From NCBI GenBank assembly GCA_977016875.1, contig CDRNST010000120.1, positions 1,550,001 to 1,614,000 of the forward strand: a stretch of 64,000 nucleotides of DNA, in the 5' to 3' direction. The notes under the pieces were generated by a model. It was not told the origin of the DNA. It made no database searches and saw nothing but the letters and a program-made list of their open reading frames with translations. Each line of letters starts with the position of its first letter. The stretch's first letter is position 1. The position numbers were made by a program, and so were the translations under genes. The stretch is from Pavona decussata (taxonomy: Eukaryota). Of the stretch, positions 22,721 through 36,714 are shown piece by piece.

Positions 22721-22940
22721 TTAAGGCTTCAGTAAGAAGTGAATATAATAGAGTAAAATAAGCTAAATATTATCATACTTCTAAAACTGAACATTGAAGT
22801 TTTAGAATTTCTAGGAATGAGCCAAAATTTTTATTTACAATTTGATCGCATTCGCGGGGTTTTCCCAGGGTGAAAAAGATCGTGCAGAAAACCTGGTAAC
22901 TAATTTGCAAAGACTAGGTTTTCCATGTCACAAATTCAAG

Positions 22941-25900
22941 ATGGCGGAGTTGAGGAAGCGAGGTGCGGGTAGTTCTTCCCCTTTCGTGCAAGACTGTGGA
23001 GGGAACACCTGTTGCCCTTCAGTAGCCTCAGACTCAAAGAAGAGAGGATCGTCAACCTGGATCTTCTTTTTGGTTTTGGTTTTCCTCATTTCTTCTCTCT
23101 TCATCAGCTTTAAAGCATCGCGCGCTTTACCCGCGCCCAAAACATCTGGCGGGAGTGCAACAAGCGATTTTGTGGAAGAAAGAGCAAGAAAGCACCTTGA
23201 AACAATCACATCTTTTGGTCCACGACCCGCTGGAAGCTACGCAAACGAAATTCAAGCAGTGAACTACATCACTGAAGCTTTGCAAAAAATCAAAGCCTCT
23301 GCGAGAGAAGATATCATCATTGAAATTGACATTCAAAAGCCATCTGGAAGTTTTGATCTGGGGTTTTTAGCGGGTTTCACGAGCATTTATCGCAAGATTA
23401 CAAATGTTCTCGTCAGAATATCGCCGAAAGACAGCTATCCGCCAAAAAATACAGTTCTTATGAACGGTCACTTTGACAGTGTCCCTGGCTCACCTGGAGC
23501 GAGCGATGATGCTGTGAGTTGCGCAGTCATGTTAGAAATCATAAGGTGCCTAGCCCAGACTAGGAACTTTAATTTTGTTCACGGGGTTGTGTTCAATTTT
23601 AATGGCGCAGAAGAGAATATTTTGCAAGCAAGTCATGGGTTTATCACGCAGCACAAATGGGTGGAAACTATAAGAGCCTTCGTGAATCTCGAAGCAGTTG
23701 GAGCAGGTACATTTCCAGCCTTTCGTTGCAATAATTATTGTATAATATGTATTCAAGAAGACTAGAAATTAAGTACTCAGTAAAAAATGAAGCCAGATGG
23801 GTCAGCAGTGTTGGCGCATGGCTCTCTTTAGCAGAAAGCAGCTGAGAGCATTGCAGTATACTTTCCCGGAAGGGGGGGGGGGGGGGTGGGGTACTCCCAT
23901 ATATTCGCTATATAGGTACGTGCCGTGGAATAGGTTATGGTTTTTGAGGTTCTCGGTCCTTACATAGGGTATCATTTTTTACCCTTTTGCTATGGTATTC
24001 CTGGTGTGGTCCTTAGATAGGGTAGCTAAATTGTATTATCTGATAATGGAGTGTGAGATTTTTTTAAAAAGGGTATCAGTTTTCGCCTTCGTAGTCCTTA
24101 AATAGGGTTAGGGTTCAAGAAACTTCGCGGCTCACCCCTACACAAAATTCCCTGGTATACTTTTCCCTGGACAAGTCCATGGGTGAGGTGAGGGAGGGGA
24201 AGAGGGAGATGGAAAATGACCATGGAAAATTCACTATCCTTATATTTTGTGGGGTCTAAAAATGGAGGGATGTCCATCCCTCCAGCATACAAGCCATATT
24301 GTGTCTCACGAGTATAGGGAAGGGGAGAGGGATGGAAGGAGTGAGATGGAGAAGGTGAGCTTTTAACAAAAGAATTATCAAATCTGGATCTACTGCATAC
24401 TAAATTGTCCGCTGGATATCTGCTCTCTGGACAAACGTGTCTGATTAAAGCCAAAACTTCAATGTGCTATACATTGTGCGTCTGTGACTCGATCAAGAAG
24501 TATTACATTCTTAATCTTAAAATTTGTTTCACATTTTTGGATTTTGTTTGATGTTCTGCTCAAATTTTAATAGGTGGAAAGGAGATAGTGTTTCAGACAG
24601 GCCCTGAGCATCCGTGGTTAGTAAAGACGTATTCTGAGGTAGTGCCACACCCTTGGGCACAGGTCTTTGGTCAAGATCTCTTTCAGAGTGGGCTCATTCC
24701 CGGTGACACTGACTTCAGGATCTATAGGGACTATGGTAAAATACCAGGTAAATTATTATTTAATTAATAATATCCTTAAAGGACTGTGTGTGTTATTGAC
24801 CTATAGTGCATGTGGTAGTTAATTCCTCCAAGAAGTAATATATCAAACACGAGAAAGCGTGTTTCATCAGATATCCAAACACAGAAGTAGGTTGAAAAAA
24901 TGAGGCGCAGCCGAGTTTTCTTAAACGACTTCAAATGTTTGGATATCTGATAAAACACACTTTCGAGTGTTTGATATGGCTTCTCAAATGAGCAATAATT
25001 CTTGGAGAAATTCAAGGCTAAAGTTGGGAAAATTTTATGGTAATTAGGATCGGTCATGGTAGTGATTTTCTTTGTTTTCTCTTCATGAATTATTAATGAG
25101 TTTGAGAAACATAGTTCCGATGTTTTATTTGCTGCTTTGCACTTCGTTTAGCGGGAACAACAGAAATGTTACCCATGATGATAGGTTTTCATTGCAGATG
25201 AAGCACAGAGCAAGGCATAAAACATTGGGGCAATGTTTCACTTATGGAATTAAAGGCGATATGCCAAAATCTGTTGAATCTGAGCTAAAACAAACAACAC
25301 TTTAGGTTGGTTATACACCAACCCCTTTAATTAATAATAATATTAAAGTTCAATGGAGGCCTTAAAGCTACATTGTACTGTTGGGGTAAAAAGTTATTAA
25401 AAATCCAAGCTTTCGCCGATCAACGGCATCATCAGCGGCGAAAGCTTGGAATTTTAATAACATTTTACCCGAACACTAGCTTAAGGCCTCACTTGAACTT
25501 TAATATTATTATTCTAAAATGCTGCTGAAGGTTACCTCCAATTAATACTGAAATAAGAAACAGGATGGGAAATTATTGCTCATTAACTAGTGTTCTCTTG
25601 AGTGATCATTTTCACTCCAAATGTAACATGAAATATACACACACTCACAGCTTTCAACCATGTTGCAGAAAGGTGACAGCATAAATTTTATCCTCACAGA
25701 CTAGAGAAAAGTCCTGCTCAGTGGCTTTAATTTGAATGATCACATTTTAAGATTCCATCCTTCTTGTAAGACTGAAAAGCTAGAAAGACCTTCAATGAAC
25801 TCTTTGTTACATGTATTTCTAGGAATGGATCTTGCATACACTGCCAATGGTTATGTATACCACACAAACTATGACACGCCTAGAGCTGTGACTGCGGGTT

Positions 25901-28900
25901 CCATCCAGCGAGCTGGAGACAACATTCTTGCACTTGTAAAGGGTATTGTGAACTCACCATTTCTGGCCAACCCTGGAGAGTATCGCCATGGTGCTATGGT
26001 ATTCTTCGACTTCCTTGGTGTATTTATGGTTTATTATCCAGAACGAATTGGTCTTGTGATAAATGTGGTGACTGTTTTCGTGGTATACCTTTGTGTCATC
26101 AAGAAATTTATTGGGTTTCCAGAAGGTAAGGCTGTTTTGGGGAGTATCCATTATTGGGGACACCCTGGCTTCGTCCACAGCCCCACTACCCTCATTGTTC
26201 TAACACATGCATACCAATTCTCCCTGATATAATAATAATAATGCTTTGTTTGTTTATAGTGGAAAATGCACTTAGCTACCCAAAGCTAGTTTACAGGCAT
26301 TCCACTCAGAAATAATGGGAAACAAATAACGGGAAACACTAGAGGTGAATCTCCCAGCAGTTTCCTGTACACTCCCAGGTGATATGACCAAATAAAACCT
26401 CACAGATAAAAGCCACTTTAAGCCCCTGTTACAAGTTGAATCTTTTAGCTGAAACTTTTGTGCAACGGCGAACGGGACCAATTTCATGAAGTGGTGTTAC
26501 ACGGTGAAACTCTTGTTTTTTCACCACTGCGACCGTTGAGAGCCGTTGCAGAAGTAGGAAGCGGTTCTACTTGCTGTGAAACTTGTCTTGCCGTTGCACA
26601 CAAGTTTCAGCGAACAGTTTCAATGTGTAGCGGCGGCTTTAGTCGTCAGTTTTTTGAAAACCCAGGAAATAGAGACTCTCGGAATCGTTCAGGGGAGTTG
26701 CTTTCAATTAGCAGTTGTCCAAATAATTATTATTATGTTAAGCCAGTGCTTTTTATTTTATTTTTTAGCACACTTCTCATCATCCTTGACTGATCTTTTC
26801 ACCTCTCTACTCACCCTTGTGTTATCGTGGCTGGTTGGTATAGCGTTTCCTGCAGTCTTGTCCTTACTTCTGACATACACAGGGCACTCACTTACTTGGT
26901 ATTGTCGGCCATACCTACTTGTGCCACTGTTTGGTGCCCCAGCTTTGTTTGGCATTGGATTTGTGCACTATATTGCAAGAAGGTCACTTGTGTCCAAGGT
27001 GTGTTGATGAAATACAGTATAATAAGGTAAACCATCTTTTATCCCCACCCCCCACCCTCCCCCACCCCTGCAAACAAAAAAGAAGAAACAAAATCAGAAA
27101 GACAAAAATCAAGAGACAGTCCAAGGCTGTTAGAAACCCTTTGCGACACTGTCCAGAAACCAAGCTACGGTAGTTAACCTTCATTTGACAGGTCCAGCTC
27201 ACTTTAGGATTTTATCCACAGAATCAAAAGTTAGAGCCACCTTGTACAGCATAATTAATTGCACCACAGCTAGGTACAAAAACTTATGGTTTGAACTCAT
27301 TTAACTTTTCGGCCACAAAGTACTGGAATTCCTTACCGGACAAGCTTAGAACTGCCTGACTGTGCCAAATGACTTCATGAGAGCAATATGACAATGTAAT
27401 TTTAATTGAAAAGTGGTTTTCTCAACCGATTAGAATGATTTTTGTATTTGAATCTTAATACGGACTTCATTTTCTTTAGGATAAAGTTTAGTTTTGTTTT
27501 TGGTTTAGTTTTATCTTTTCTCTCGAAGAAACTAGGCAGCTTATCTTAGCTATTTAAAAATTTGATTTGAAATAGAGGTTTATGCATGTATGTGTGCAAG
27601 TACTGGTCATGATCAACAGCTGGAATGGTTAATGGACTGTAAAGATTTATAAATGATTTCATCCACACTCTAAAGAGTCCAAATTTGTTAATTTGTTTAA
27701 ATATTAACTTAAGTCTTTATGTTTATTTTGCAGAGAAGATCTGTTCTAGAAAAGCAAGTAAAAGCATCAAGAGAAACAGAAACATTTTATGCTGCTTTAT
27801 TAGTTTGGACAATATTCTTGTCAATTTTAACTTTCAATCGCCTGGCTTTGGCACATGTTCCTCTGATTCTTGTGATCTTTCCATTAATAGTGAGAGTATT
27901 TGTATGGGAGAATTTCTTTACGACAAAGGCAGTTGATCAAAATCTGGGCAAATTTGTGTTCATGTACCTCCTTGCTACTATAATCCCTGTACAGTTCTGT
28001 ATACAATTGACAGTGGCAGTGTTTGATATATTTGTGCCAGTTATGAGCCGTGCTGGAAGCCGGATGCCTCCTGATGTCATCATGGCAGTGATGTGTGCTT
28101 TTGTGGTTGTGGTCATGACATCTTATCTGGTAAATAGATATCTAAACTAGTAATAATCAAAGATTACCGAGAGCATTTGATGATCTTGATTCCAGTCTCT
28201 TTAGCAATTTGGTGATGTCATCCACCCCTGCAAAAATCTGCAGGGGATGCTAGATATGCATCCCAAGGTCCATTCATTCAATCAACCTTGTCCCAGACAA
28301 TCTCAACTCCAATCTGTATTACGAGTGTGTTCTTTCTACGTCAAAGGCAACTACAGTACCACATGTGTGCATAATATTATTGCAGGGTTTTATCTCGGGG
28401 TGGGGTGGGAGGTATAATTTCTGTGGAATATTTGGTGGGGGTAACTGTGTCTCTTAAAATCTAATCAGGATAAGTCAAATGGACTCACGTGTGAGCTTAC
28501 GGCCGTTCTCTCAGCGCTTATATAAACATCCTTGAATTGCTTTTTGGATGACAGTTGTGGAAAGTTTTAAAACAAGAGCTGTCCTTATTCAAGCCCCACT
28601 ACATTGAGTGGATAAAGGCCCACCAAGTGACGTTCAGCTAATAATTTTCCTTTTTCTTTACTCTAGGTCAGTACATTGTACCTCATGGGGGACCTCAAAG
28701 TTCCAGCGGCATTTTTAGCCCTTGTCTCTATCCTTGCCCTTTTAATATCTCTCTCAGGGATTTCATTTCCTTATTCAGCTGCCAATCAGTGCCCTAAAAG
28801 GGTTTTCTTCCTGGTAAATATTTTAATTAATAATTTTAATATAGCAAAATGAGTACCTTTTGCAAGTGTGGAGGCTGCATGGGAGTATAATAGGAGCCAC

Positions 28901-31900
28901 AAGTGTGGCACTACAATCCTGGTCTCAAGGGGATTGATAGTCTGTGAGCTGGTTGTTAACTCAATGTTTTCATAATTATGAATGGTCTGGTGGAAATGGG
29001 CATAAGTGATGATTTGGCTTTGGAATCTAAATTTCCCCAAATTCATTCTAGTTTCGCATGCATACAGACTGGTTCTTGAGTCAGAAACTTAGTGCCATTA
29101 ATATTAACTTGACGTTGTTAAACTAATACAAGTATTGACACATACATCTCGCAACACATGGTCTGATTAAGTAACTCTGATTTCTTAAGGATGGTGTCTT
29201 CTAATTCAAAGGTATTTTTGGACAGTTAACGACAATGAAAGGGAAAGAAGATCTTTTTAAACAAGCCAGGGCTAATTTGGAATATCCCACATATTTTGCA
29301 GACTGAGATAATCAAGTTTCAAATAGGAAAAAAATCATACATTGTTATGTAACTAACTCAAAGCTTATTAGAATATTATTGTTGTTGCTTATATATCAAT
29401 AATTATCTCTGAAAATGCTTGGTTGCCCCCAAGTTTTTTTTTTCTTTGTAATATTTATTTTCAATAGCCCATGAGTGTGTAAGATCTTGTTTTTCTACAT
29501 AGTCATAAAATTAATTGTACATATACCTTTATTAGGAGGCACCGTACCGTCATATTTGCCCAACAAGCTTAATACAACTTAAGCCAAAAAAGTGAACCAA
29601 CTATTAAGTGGGATGCTGGAATGACTTCCTTTCTTCTCTGTTTAAAGCAAAACAAATGTTCTAAGTAAATTGAACATGACAACAAGCCTACAGACTAAAT
29701 TAATCCATATAATCATTGATTGATTGTATGAATAAAGTATTTAACAATTATTCCACGAACACGCGTTGGATGTGAGATGATAGATAGCCAATGAGACACG
29801 TAGCGCCGAGTTGGCTATAATCATCTCATATCCAACAAGCGTGAGTAGAATAATTGTTTTATTAAAAACAATCATTAAAGAAATATTGCTAGATTTTGCT
29901 GATTTCGCTTTGCAAGAACAATTACAAGACAACTTAATGGTCTGTGTTTCTCGGGCATAGTATAATGCCTCACATAGCATGGCCGCTAAGCCAATCAAAT
30001 CACTCGAATTGCATTATACAACGATCCAGTTTTTAGAAATTATTTATTATCATTTATGACCACTTTGTCCAATAAAATGTTGCCTCTGCCCTAGCATACA
30101 TCAAGAGAATTTCACAACAATGAAGGCCAAGTTGTCTTTGAGGATGCTGGTGTCTGGATCACCCCACTGGATTATTTAGGAATCAAACCATTCGCTGATG
30201 TCCCTATATTTAGAAATGCTTCATTTGCACCTCAGTATGGAGTCTATGGAGGATTTCCATATTATATGCCTTTCAGGCATATAATGCGGTATGTTGTTAG
30301 AGAGTATAATCCACTTAAATTCGAGTTTTGTGACTACACTCAGTGCTGATTAACTGATGATACAATGAATGAATGTACATGAACTTAACTCCTTATTAGC
30401 CCCATAACAGTAACCAACATCAAATAATAATATTGCTTCTTATTTACATTAATGCCTATGTCGTAAATGGAAGTTGGGTGCCCAGGAGGCAGGGGGCTGG
30501 TACCCCTCCGCCATGAGCCCCGCCAGCAACCCAGCCCGAACCCTAGCACCCGTCACACTGAGACTAGAAGCTCAGTGGAAAAATAATAAGTAAATAAGAC
30601 ACAGAACTGACCCTACCCCTAACCATGCCACACCACCAGGGAGCAAACTTGCTCCAAGTTGTTAACTAAGTTAAATTACATTTAACCCTATACATCTGTA
30701 TCACTTCTTGATCTGTTATACACTCAGGTTTGGCCATGAGAAGAATGAAAATGAGCACCAAAGATATTATGTAATTATCTGCACTTGTGCCATTAGAGAA
30801 ATATCGCCAAAACAGTAGGAAGAATCTGTATGATGGTATCAGGGTTACTTTTCTGAGACAATCAGACAAACACAACAATAAGATTGAAGAGCTGCTCAAG
30901 AGCATATTAACCAACCCAAATGACTTTTCAGATAGCTTTTTCTTGTTTTAGCTCAGATTCACCAGATTCAGGAAGCATTACATCAATGTTTTATCGGCTG
31001 CTTTGTGCTTTGTTTGCAATAAAAAGCTATGATAATCGTAATGGGCAAGACTTATGTTTTTATCAAAAAATTAAGCACAAAGCTTCTCCAAGAATGATAA
31101 GTTGGAAAGGAATAATAATTTTATTTATTTAACTTTCCTTTAGGAACTCTTGGTATCTTCCTGGCCCTCCACCGCAAGTTGCATCACCACCACTAGAAGT
31201 CAAACTACTCTCTAGAGAATACCGTAACGACCTCTACATTTTTACATTTTCAATATCAGGTACGTGTGCTGTGGCAAATTGTAGGATGCTAGCTAATTTA
31301 TTCACTTATCAGAGTAAGGCCTGGGAGGGGACATTTCCTGCCCCCCCCCCCTCCCCCTCAGCCTCCTTCAAATACGCAAACTAAATTTATTATTCAGCGC
31401 TCGCCCATGAAAAATGCCTGCACTGCAGGCTAGGGAGGGGAGGGGAGGGGAGGGGAGGGGGACCCTGGACAGATGTGGGGCATTCAAACTAACTTGAGGA
31501 TTTAACTGTAAAATTTATGACCAGTATTCTTCAAAAAGTGAAATGCTTCACATTTACCCAAAGACCCTCTTTCACCTTAGATTGGACACTGATCAATAAA
31601 ATGTAGGTGCAAAATAATTATTAATTATTACAACTCTTCACATTTTATTCAAAACTGGAGCAAACCAAACAAACAGAATGTGGACAAAGTTCTCTTTAGT
31701 ACTTCAAGTTGGTTGGAGGAGGAGGAAAGCAGCATAATTAAAAAGAATTTATCCATTATGTTGTATCTCATTAAAGGTCCCGATCACATGACTGTGTATC
31801 TCTCTCCTGCAAGTGGGGTATATCTGGTAAGGTCGTCTCTGGGATCACTGTACCCCATTCAAGACGAAGATGGCGGAGACCGGCTGACATACTTCATCTA

Positions 31901-32799
31901 CTATTCTCATGGCACTGATGTTGGACCATGGGAGTTCACGCTTTATGTAGCAGTGAGTATGCAGTTAGGGCTGTGATATTTCACCTGCAGTCTCATCTTT
32001 AACCGACTTTTTTTGCACAAGAACTTTCTCTTATGCAATGAAAGGCTAGTCCCTTTGTAGACCTCACCAAGTTATCTTTAGATAGACACTCTAATTTCAC
32101 CATAATGTTCAATAATTTTTGCTCCCTTGCAGAATAGTACAGCTCAGTCAACTTGTAGACTCGCATGCATCCAAGGAGAGTATGCCATAAGCTTAAACAT
32201 GCATTTGTCCATTTAGGGGTATGGATTGTTGGTCAACTTGAAACATGTTATGGCCAAGTTGTTGTTAGTATTCTCTAACTATAAGGCAGACTTGCAATTT
32301 GATTGGCTATGTAAGAGTGGTCTAATTTTCAATAGACTGTCCTTGGAGTGTATACAAGGAAAATTGCAAACCTAGAGAGAAATGAACCACTTTTGCTGAA
32401 TACACATATTGGAATTAAAACTGAATAATAATTGCATGTTGAGAGTTTGCTCCATGTTTCTATCAAATTTGAACTACCAGCTGATTTAATTTTATTATTT
32501 AAACAAATATTTATACAGGAGATGTCCAATTCACAAGATCCGAGTTAAATAGAAACCTCAAGTTTCAAGTTATCTATTTTTAGGAAAAAATTTCTTATCT
32601 ATTTTTTTTTTCACCATTCTAGACTGAGAAAGAAATGCCAGCTAAGAGCAACCTGTTGGATTTTGCAGTGGCAGGTCAATACATTCACGGAAAGGATTCA
32701 TCTTCACCATTGCTTAAAGAAGTTAAACAGGCCACCCCTGACTGGATTTGTGGTTACTCTTGGGTCGTCTCTTACAAGAGCTGGTCATTTACTACATAG
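22941..32799 (+). CDS. ERMP1: Endoplasmic reticulum metallopeptidase 1 (M28 peptidase, multipass membrane), 10 coding exons, 892 aa
   Basis: Exons 22941-23706, 24574-24747, 25823-26125, 26769-26998, 27734-28129, 28667-28813, 30095-30288, 31144-31259, 31777-31952, 32623-32799. All introns GT-AG with consistent phases (2679 nt). M28 motifs [38 protein letters not shown]; TM segments; CPKRVF and GPDHM in the C-terminal domain. AATAAA at 32832. Confidence 0.96.
24836..25110. repeat. Interspersed repeat in ERMP1 intron 2, with a related copy at ~12400-12590
   Basis: Internal inverted motifs TTTCATCAGATATCCAAACAC / TGTTTGGATATCTGATAAAAC, shared with the 12.4-12.6 kb copy. Confidence 0.7.
25333..25512. 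mobile_element. Palindromic MITE-like element in ERMP1 intron 2
   Basis: AATAATAATATTAAAGTTCAA...CCAAGCTTTCGCCG versus CGGCGAAAGCTTGG...TTGAACTTTAATATTATTATT. Confidence 0.75.
29185..29550. mobile_element. Decayed TTAA-type MITE (same family as 55430-55820)
   Basis: TTAAGGATGGTGTC ... GGCACCGTAC termini; internal AATTATCTCTGAAAATGC-GGTTGCCCCC block shared with the 55.6 kb copy. Confidence 0.6.
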
Positions 32800-34605
32800 C
32801 TTATTCTAGACAATATGAAGTGAACATTAAAAATAAATCTTTTAATTTTAGTAGCTCTTGGGATGGTTAACTAGGGTGTGTTTTAGAATTTGGCTTCTGA
32901 GGACCAATTGCAGTTTCTTTGGTGTTGTTAGAGAGCACATTTTTCACAAAAATGGACCCAAGATGATAAGCTTGTAATACTGAAATAATAATAATAATAA
33001 TTCATGATAAATTCATATCATTATAATAATCATAAACCCATCACTCCTCTTCGCATCCGTCTATTTGGCTCGTGTTTTTTTTTTTTTGCCAGAGCCCAAG
33101 CTTCAGCCCATTATGATGATCCCATCTTATCCATGTCTTCCACAATGGTTTGCTTCCATGTTTTTCTTGGCCTGCCTCTTTTTTCATCTTCCTTTCGGTG
33201 TCCAGATCATATCCTGTCCAGAAATTCTGTCCCTGTCCCTGTCCCATTCTCCATAGATGACCAAAACGTAGGAGTCATTTTGTCCTCAGAAGACAAGTCC
33301 TCTTATCCTGTCTAGTTCGGTTTTGAATCTCTAAAGTTGTGATGTAAAATTAATGTTTTGAGAAATGGCCTGGAACTTTTCACTAGTTACTTTCAATTGA
33401 TAGCAAATCAAATCAATTTTGTAGCATACTGTTAAAGTAGCGTTCTTCAGGTATATGGTGCAGAATAATAATATAAATGTGTACTGCATTGGTGCACTTC
33501 TTCAAATTTCATGTGCCAATGCTTGTTATTACAGGAATCTCTAGAATAAACCCTGGTTATAACTACCGCCATAAGAAATATATTAATATATGGGTTGTAA
33601 TGAATATATATACAGATTATAAATATTATCCAATGTTTTCTTGTTAACTTTGTATGACATAGATATTGCCAGTAGGTTATTTTTCTCAGCTAGATAATCA
33701 GATGAACTTATAAGCACATTTTTGGTGACTGTTAAAAATTAATGATCTCCAAAGGCAACAGGCAAAAAAAAAATTATTTCGGGAAACTATGAACTTTGCA
33801 TTAAAGATTGAAAGAGATCAAGTTGTAATCAGAAGGGTTTTATTTAACATTTTACTATTTACAAGTTGTGTTTAGTTAACAGAACTGTATGAATTGCACT
33901 GATTAGAAACAAACCTCGTTCCCAAGGGAACGGAAGAGGGGAGACCCTTGGAATGAGGCTGACATAAACTGAAGTGTTGGTTTAGATGACATCTTGACAC
34001 AGGTTGCAGTAAACAAGTATTGGTTATCAACCAACGTCTTACCAGGAGTGTTTGCCATTTGCAAAAAAAAAATCGAAAGTTTTGGTTGGAAATCAAATTA
34101 ATGCTGCACAAAATTTTGGGAAATCCCCTCTGGAATTCTCAGGCTACCTCTAGAGGTATTCCTCTTTTCCCTTTCAAAATGGATTCATCATTGCTATTTC
34201 TCCGATTTTCAATCTCCTCTCAAGGAGAATTGTGCGACACTGTAAACGGAAAGTGCCATCACTTTTGGCTATCACACTGTTTTGAGGAAAACCTTAACAT
34301 TATTCAACACTGACCACAACTGACTTGGATATGGTAAACACCCTGGCACAGTCAGAATCTACTCCTCTAAAGTGAACATAAGAGTTTTTAGACTGCAAGC
34401 AATCTCTCTTTTACTTGGAAATTTGCAGAGGGGTGAGCAACAAAGCTGCGAGACATGAGTAGCATGGCATGTTTGCTCCCAACCAACGGTTTTTGCGTTC
34501 TTTCCCACAGATTTTTGAGCAAAAGAGAGACTGCTCACAGTCCAAAAAGTTTTTAAATAAATAACTTATTCTGACTTACACTTCAACAATAATATTCTTT
34601 TATGC

Positions 34606-36551
34606 TCAGTGTACAGCAGTTCCATCAACACTAACATTATGAATGGAAACAAAATGATCATATCCGCTCTTGATGAGAAATCTCAAATGACATGCTGATG
34701 TAACAGGGATCTAATAAAAATGAAGAAAAAAATATTTTCAATAATTTAACCTGATGGAAGATACAGCTTTGACAAATAAAATTCAAAGATTGATAATTCT
34801 TTCTTACTTCCCCCAGTGCCCCTCAAATTCAAGGACTTTCAAGGAAATATACCTTTATCTCCTCCCTCTGCATTTGACCATCTGTATTGTCATACTCTGA
34901 AATAGAAAAATGTGCCCACATATGAGCATTTGAAAGTAATCAAATGTCATCAAAATAGTGATATGCTCTTTATTGTAGAAGTAGTCAAGTAGAGATTGAG
35001 AACACTTTTGAGGTTCAGGAAAGTCCATTTAGCTCCAACCACTCTATGGACCACTCTGGGTTTCATTAAGGGCCAGGCTATGCACCAATTGACTGTGTGA
35101 ATAAGCCTGGTTTTAACATCTGACCAACTTTTGTCCACAAATGCAACCTTGTTCCAAAGCCGGATCTTTGTGATATATTTAAAATGGTGGATGGTGGCGA
35201 AGACCCGATGACTAGCTGAAAAATACTCCTTGAATTGTTGAGCATTGTCATTTGATTTTCATCTTCGTAACACATTTTGCAGAATTAAAATTAACAAAAT
35301 TATGGTATCCATCTGGCAGCCACATTTGAGCTGGAAAAAAAGGGAAGACGGAAATCAAGTGCGTGTCTTCACCGCCATCCGCCATTTTGAATGTCTTGAA
35401 GACTCTGGGGATGAGGTTGATTACAATGATCATAATATTAATATGATATTAATATGATAACTTGCATAATTATTATGCAAGTTAACTATCCTGCATCAGG
35501 TACCTATGTATTCAAAATTGTAACAAAACCCTGCCATTCCAACATTTGCAACCACACTATTTTAGCACTGAAGGGGACATTAGCATTGGTGGGAGAGTGA
35601 ATATTTGGTTAATTATCAACTGGGTGGATTATGTAAATTGGCCACAGTAAAAAGTTTTAAAAACTGGTATTTTGGGTGCTAGCCCTTGAACGGAGTGTGT
35701 CCACGCAGAGCTAGTGCTTGAAATGTTGACTTTTAAATGTCTTTATTGTGGCCGATAAATTCTCCTTATATCAACACAGTTGAAAAACCCAAAAATATAA
35801 TTACCTTTCTCCACTAGGGGTTCAAAATCTACTGGATCTGTCTTTGTACTTTTCTCAATAGAAAGGTCTTTAACTGCCAGAAAGAGTAAATTTTGTTAGT
35901 GGTGATGCAGTGATATATGATCTCCTTGCACCTATATGTAGTAATAATTTCTATATAGATACATTATTTCCAAATTTGCTTCTCTGTTTGGTTGAAATTG
36001 ATATCTTCTTACCATTTGAGCACGAGATTTTTATGTTTCCTATGCTCATGAGTGTACTGAAGCTGATGATGAATTCTTGAGGAAACATCCCTGTTGTTGG
36101 CCAGAAAGATTCAAGGCTTCTGTTAAATTAAAAAAATAAAAACATTGCAGAATTTGTAAAAAATGTATATAATAATAATAATGTTTATCGACATGCAATT
36201 AAAAAGAAAAAAGACTCTCTTTTTTACGTTACCATAACAACAATCGAGATTTACATTACCATGAAAACAATAGTAGTTTAAAGGTTGTCATACAATAATA
36301 AAAATACTGTTGATCTTCGAACTTAGTTCACCCCTACTGTAGGCTTACTTTAAGATGTAAAGGAATAAAACTTTAATAAAATTAAGCTTAGGTCTTACTA
36401 AAAACTAGAAGTAAGCTTCGGCTTAGATTTTTCTTCTTAGCTATCGCCACAGTACCTACCCGTCTATGATGTTTTCTGGCGGATAATTTTCGTCATGTGA
36501 TGTTACAAGGGCAATAGTCGCTCCAGCACTACTTAAAGCAACGTCAAACAT
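34606..36551 (-). CDS. IFT25: Intraflagellar transport protein 25 (HSPB11), 5 coding exons, 138 aa
   Basis: Exons (minus) 36551-36460, 36119-36013, 35873-35805, 34896-34853, 34710-34606. GT-AG introns, phases consistent (417 nt). Translation MFDVALSSAGATIALVTSHDENYPPENIIDGSLESFWPTTGMFPQEFIISF...IEKSTKTDPVDFEP...HLRFLIKSGYDHFVSIHNVSVDG matches the IFT25 family. Confidence 0.96.
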
Positions 36552-36714
36552 ATTTGTAGTGCAGTTTGTGGCCCTGAAAACTCGTGTGAAATGTTGACAA
36601 ATTCAATTTTTCAAACCAAACATCATGAGAACGAAAGTGAACTGGGGCGAGTTACAGTATTGAGTATGCGCGTTCATCAGGTACACGCTGACAGGCTGCT
36701 GGCTCATTATCAAC
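36552..36714. promoter_or_regulatory. Compact bidirectional promoter region
   Basis: Only 163 bp between divergent ATGs (36551 on minus, 36715 on plus). CpG retained. AACATGGCGG context at the + start. Confidence 0.7.

Noticed and set aside
22842-22940. N-terminal extension of ERMP1 from a TTG start
   Set aside because: ATG 22941 in AAGATGGCGG context gives a normal-length protein
31432-31462. (GGGGA)n G-quadruplex-capable tract (also poly-G near 23872-23891)
   Set aside because: Common low-complexity intronic tracts with no independent support for function
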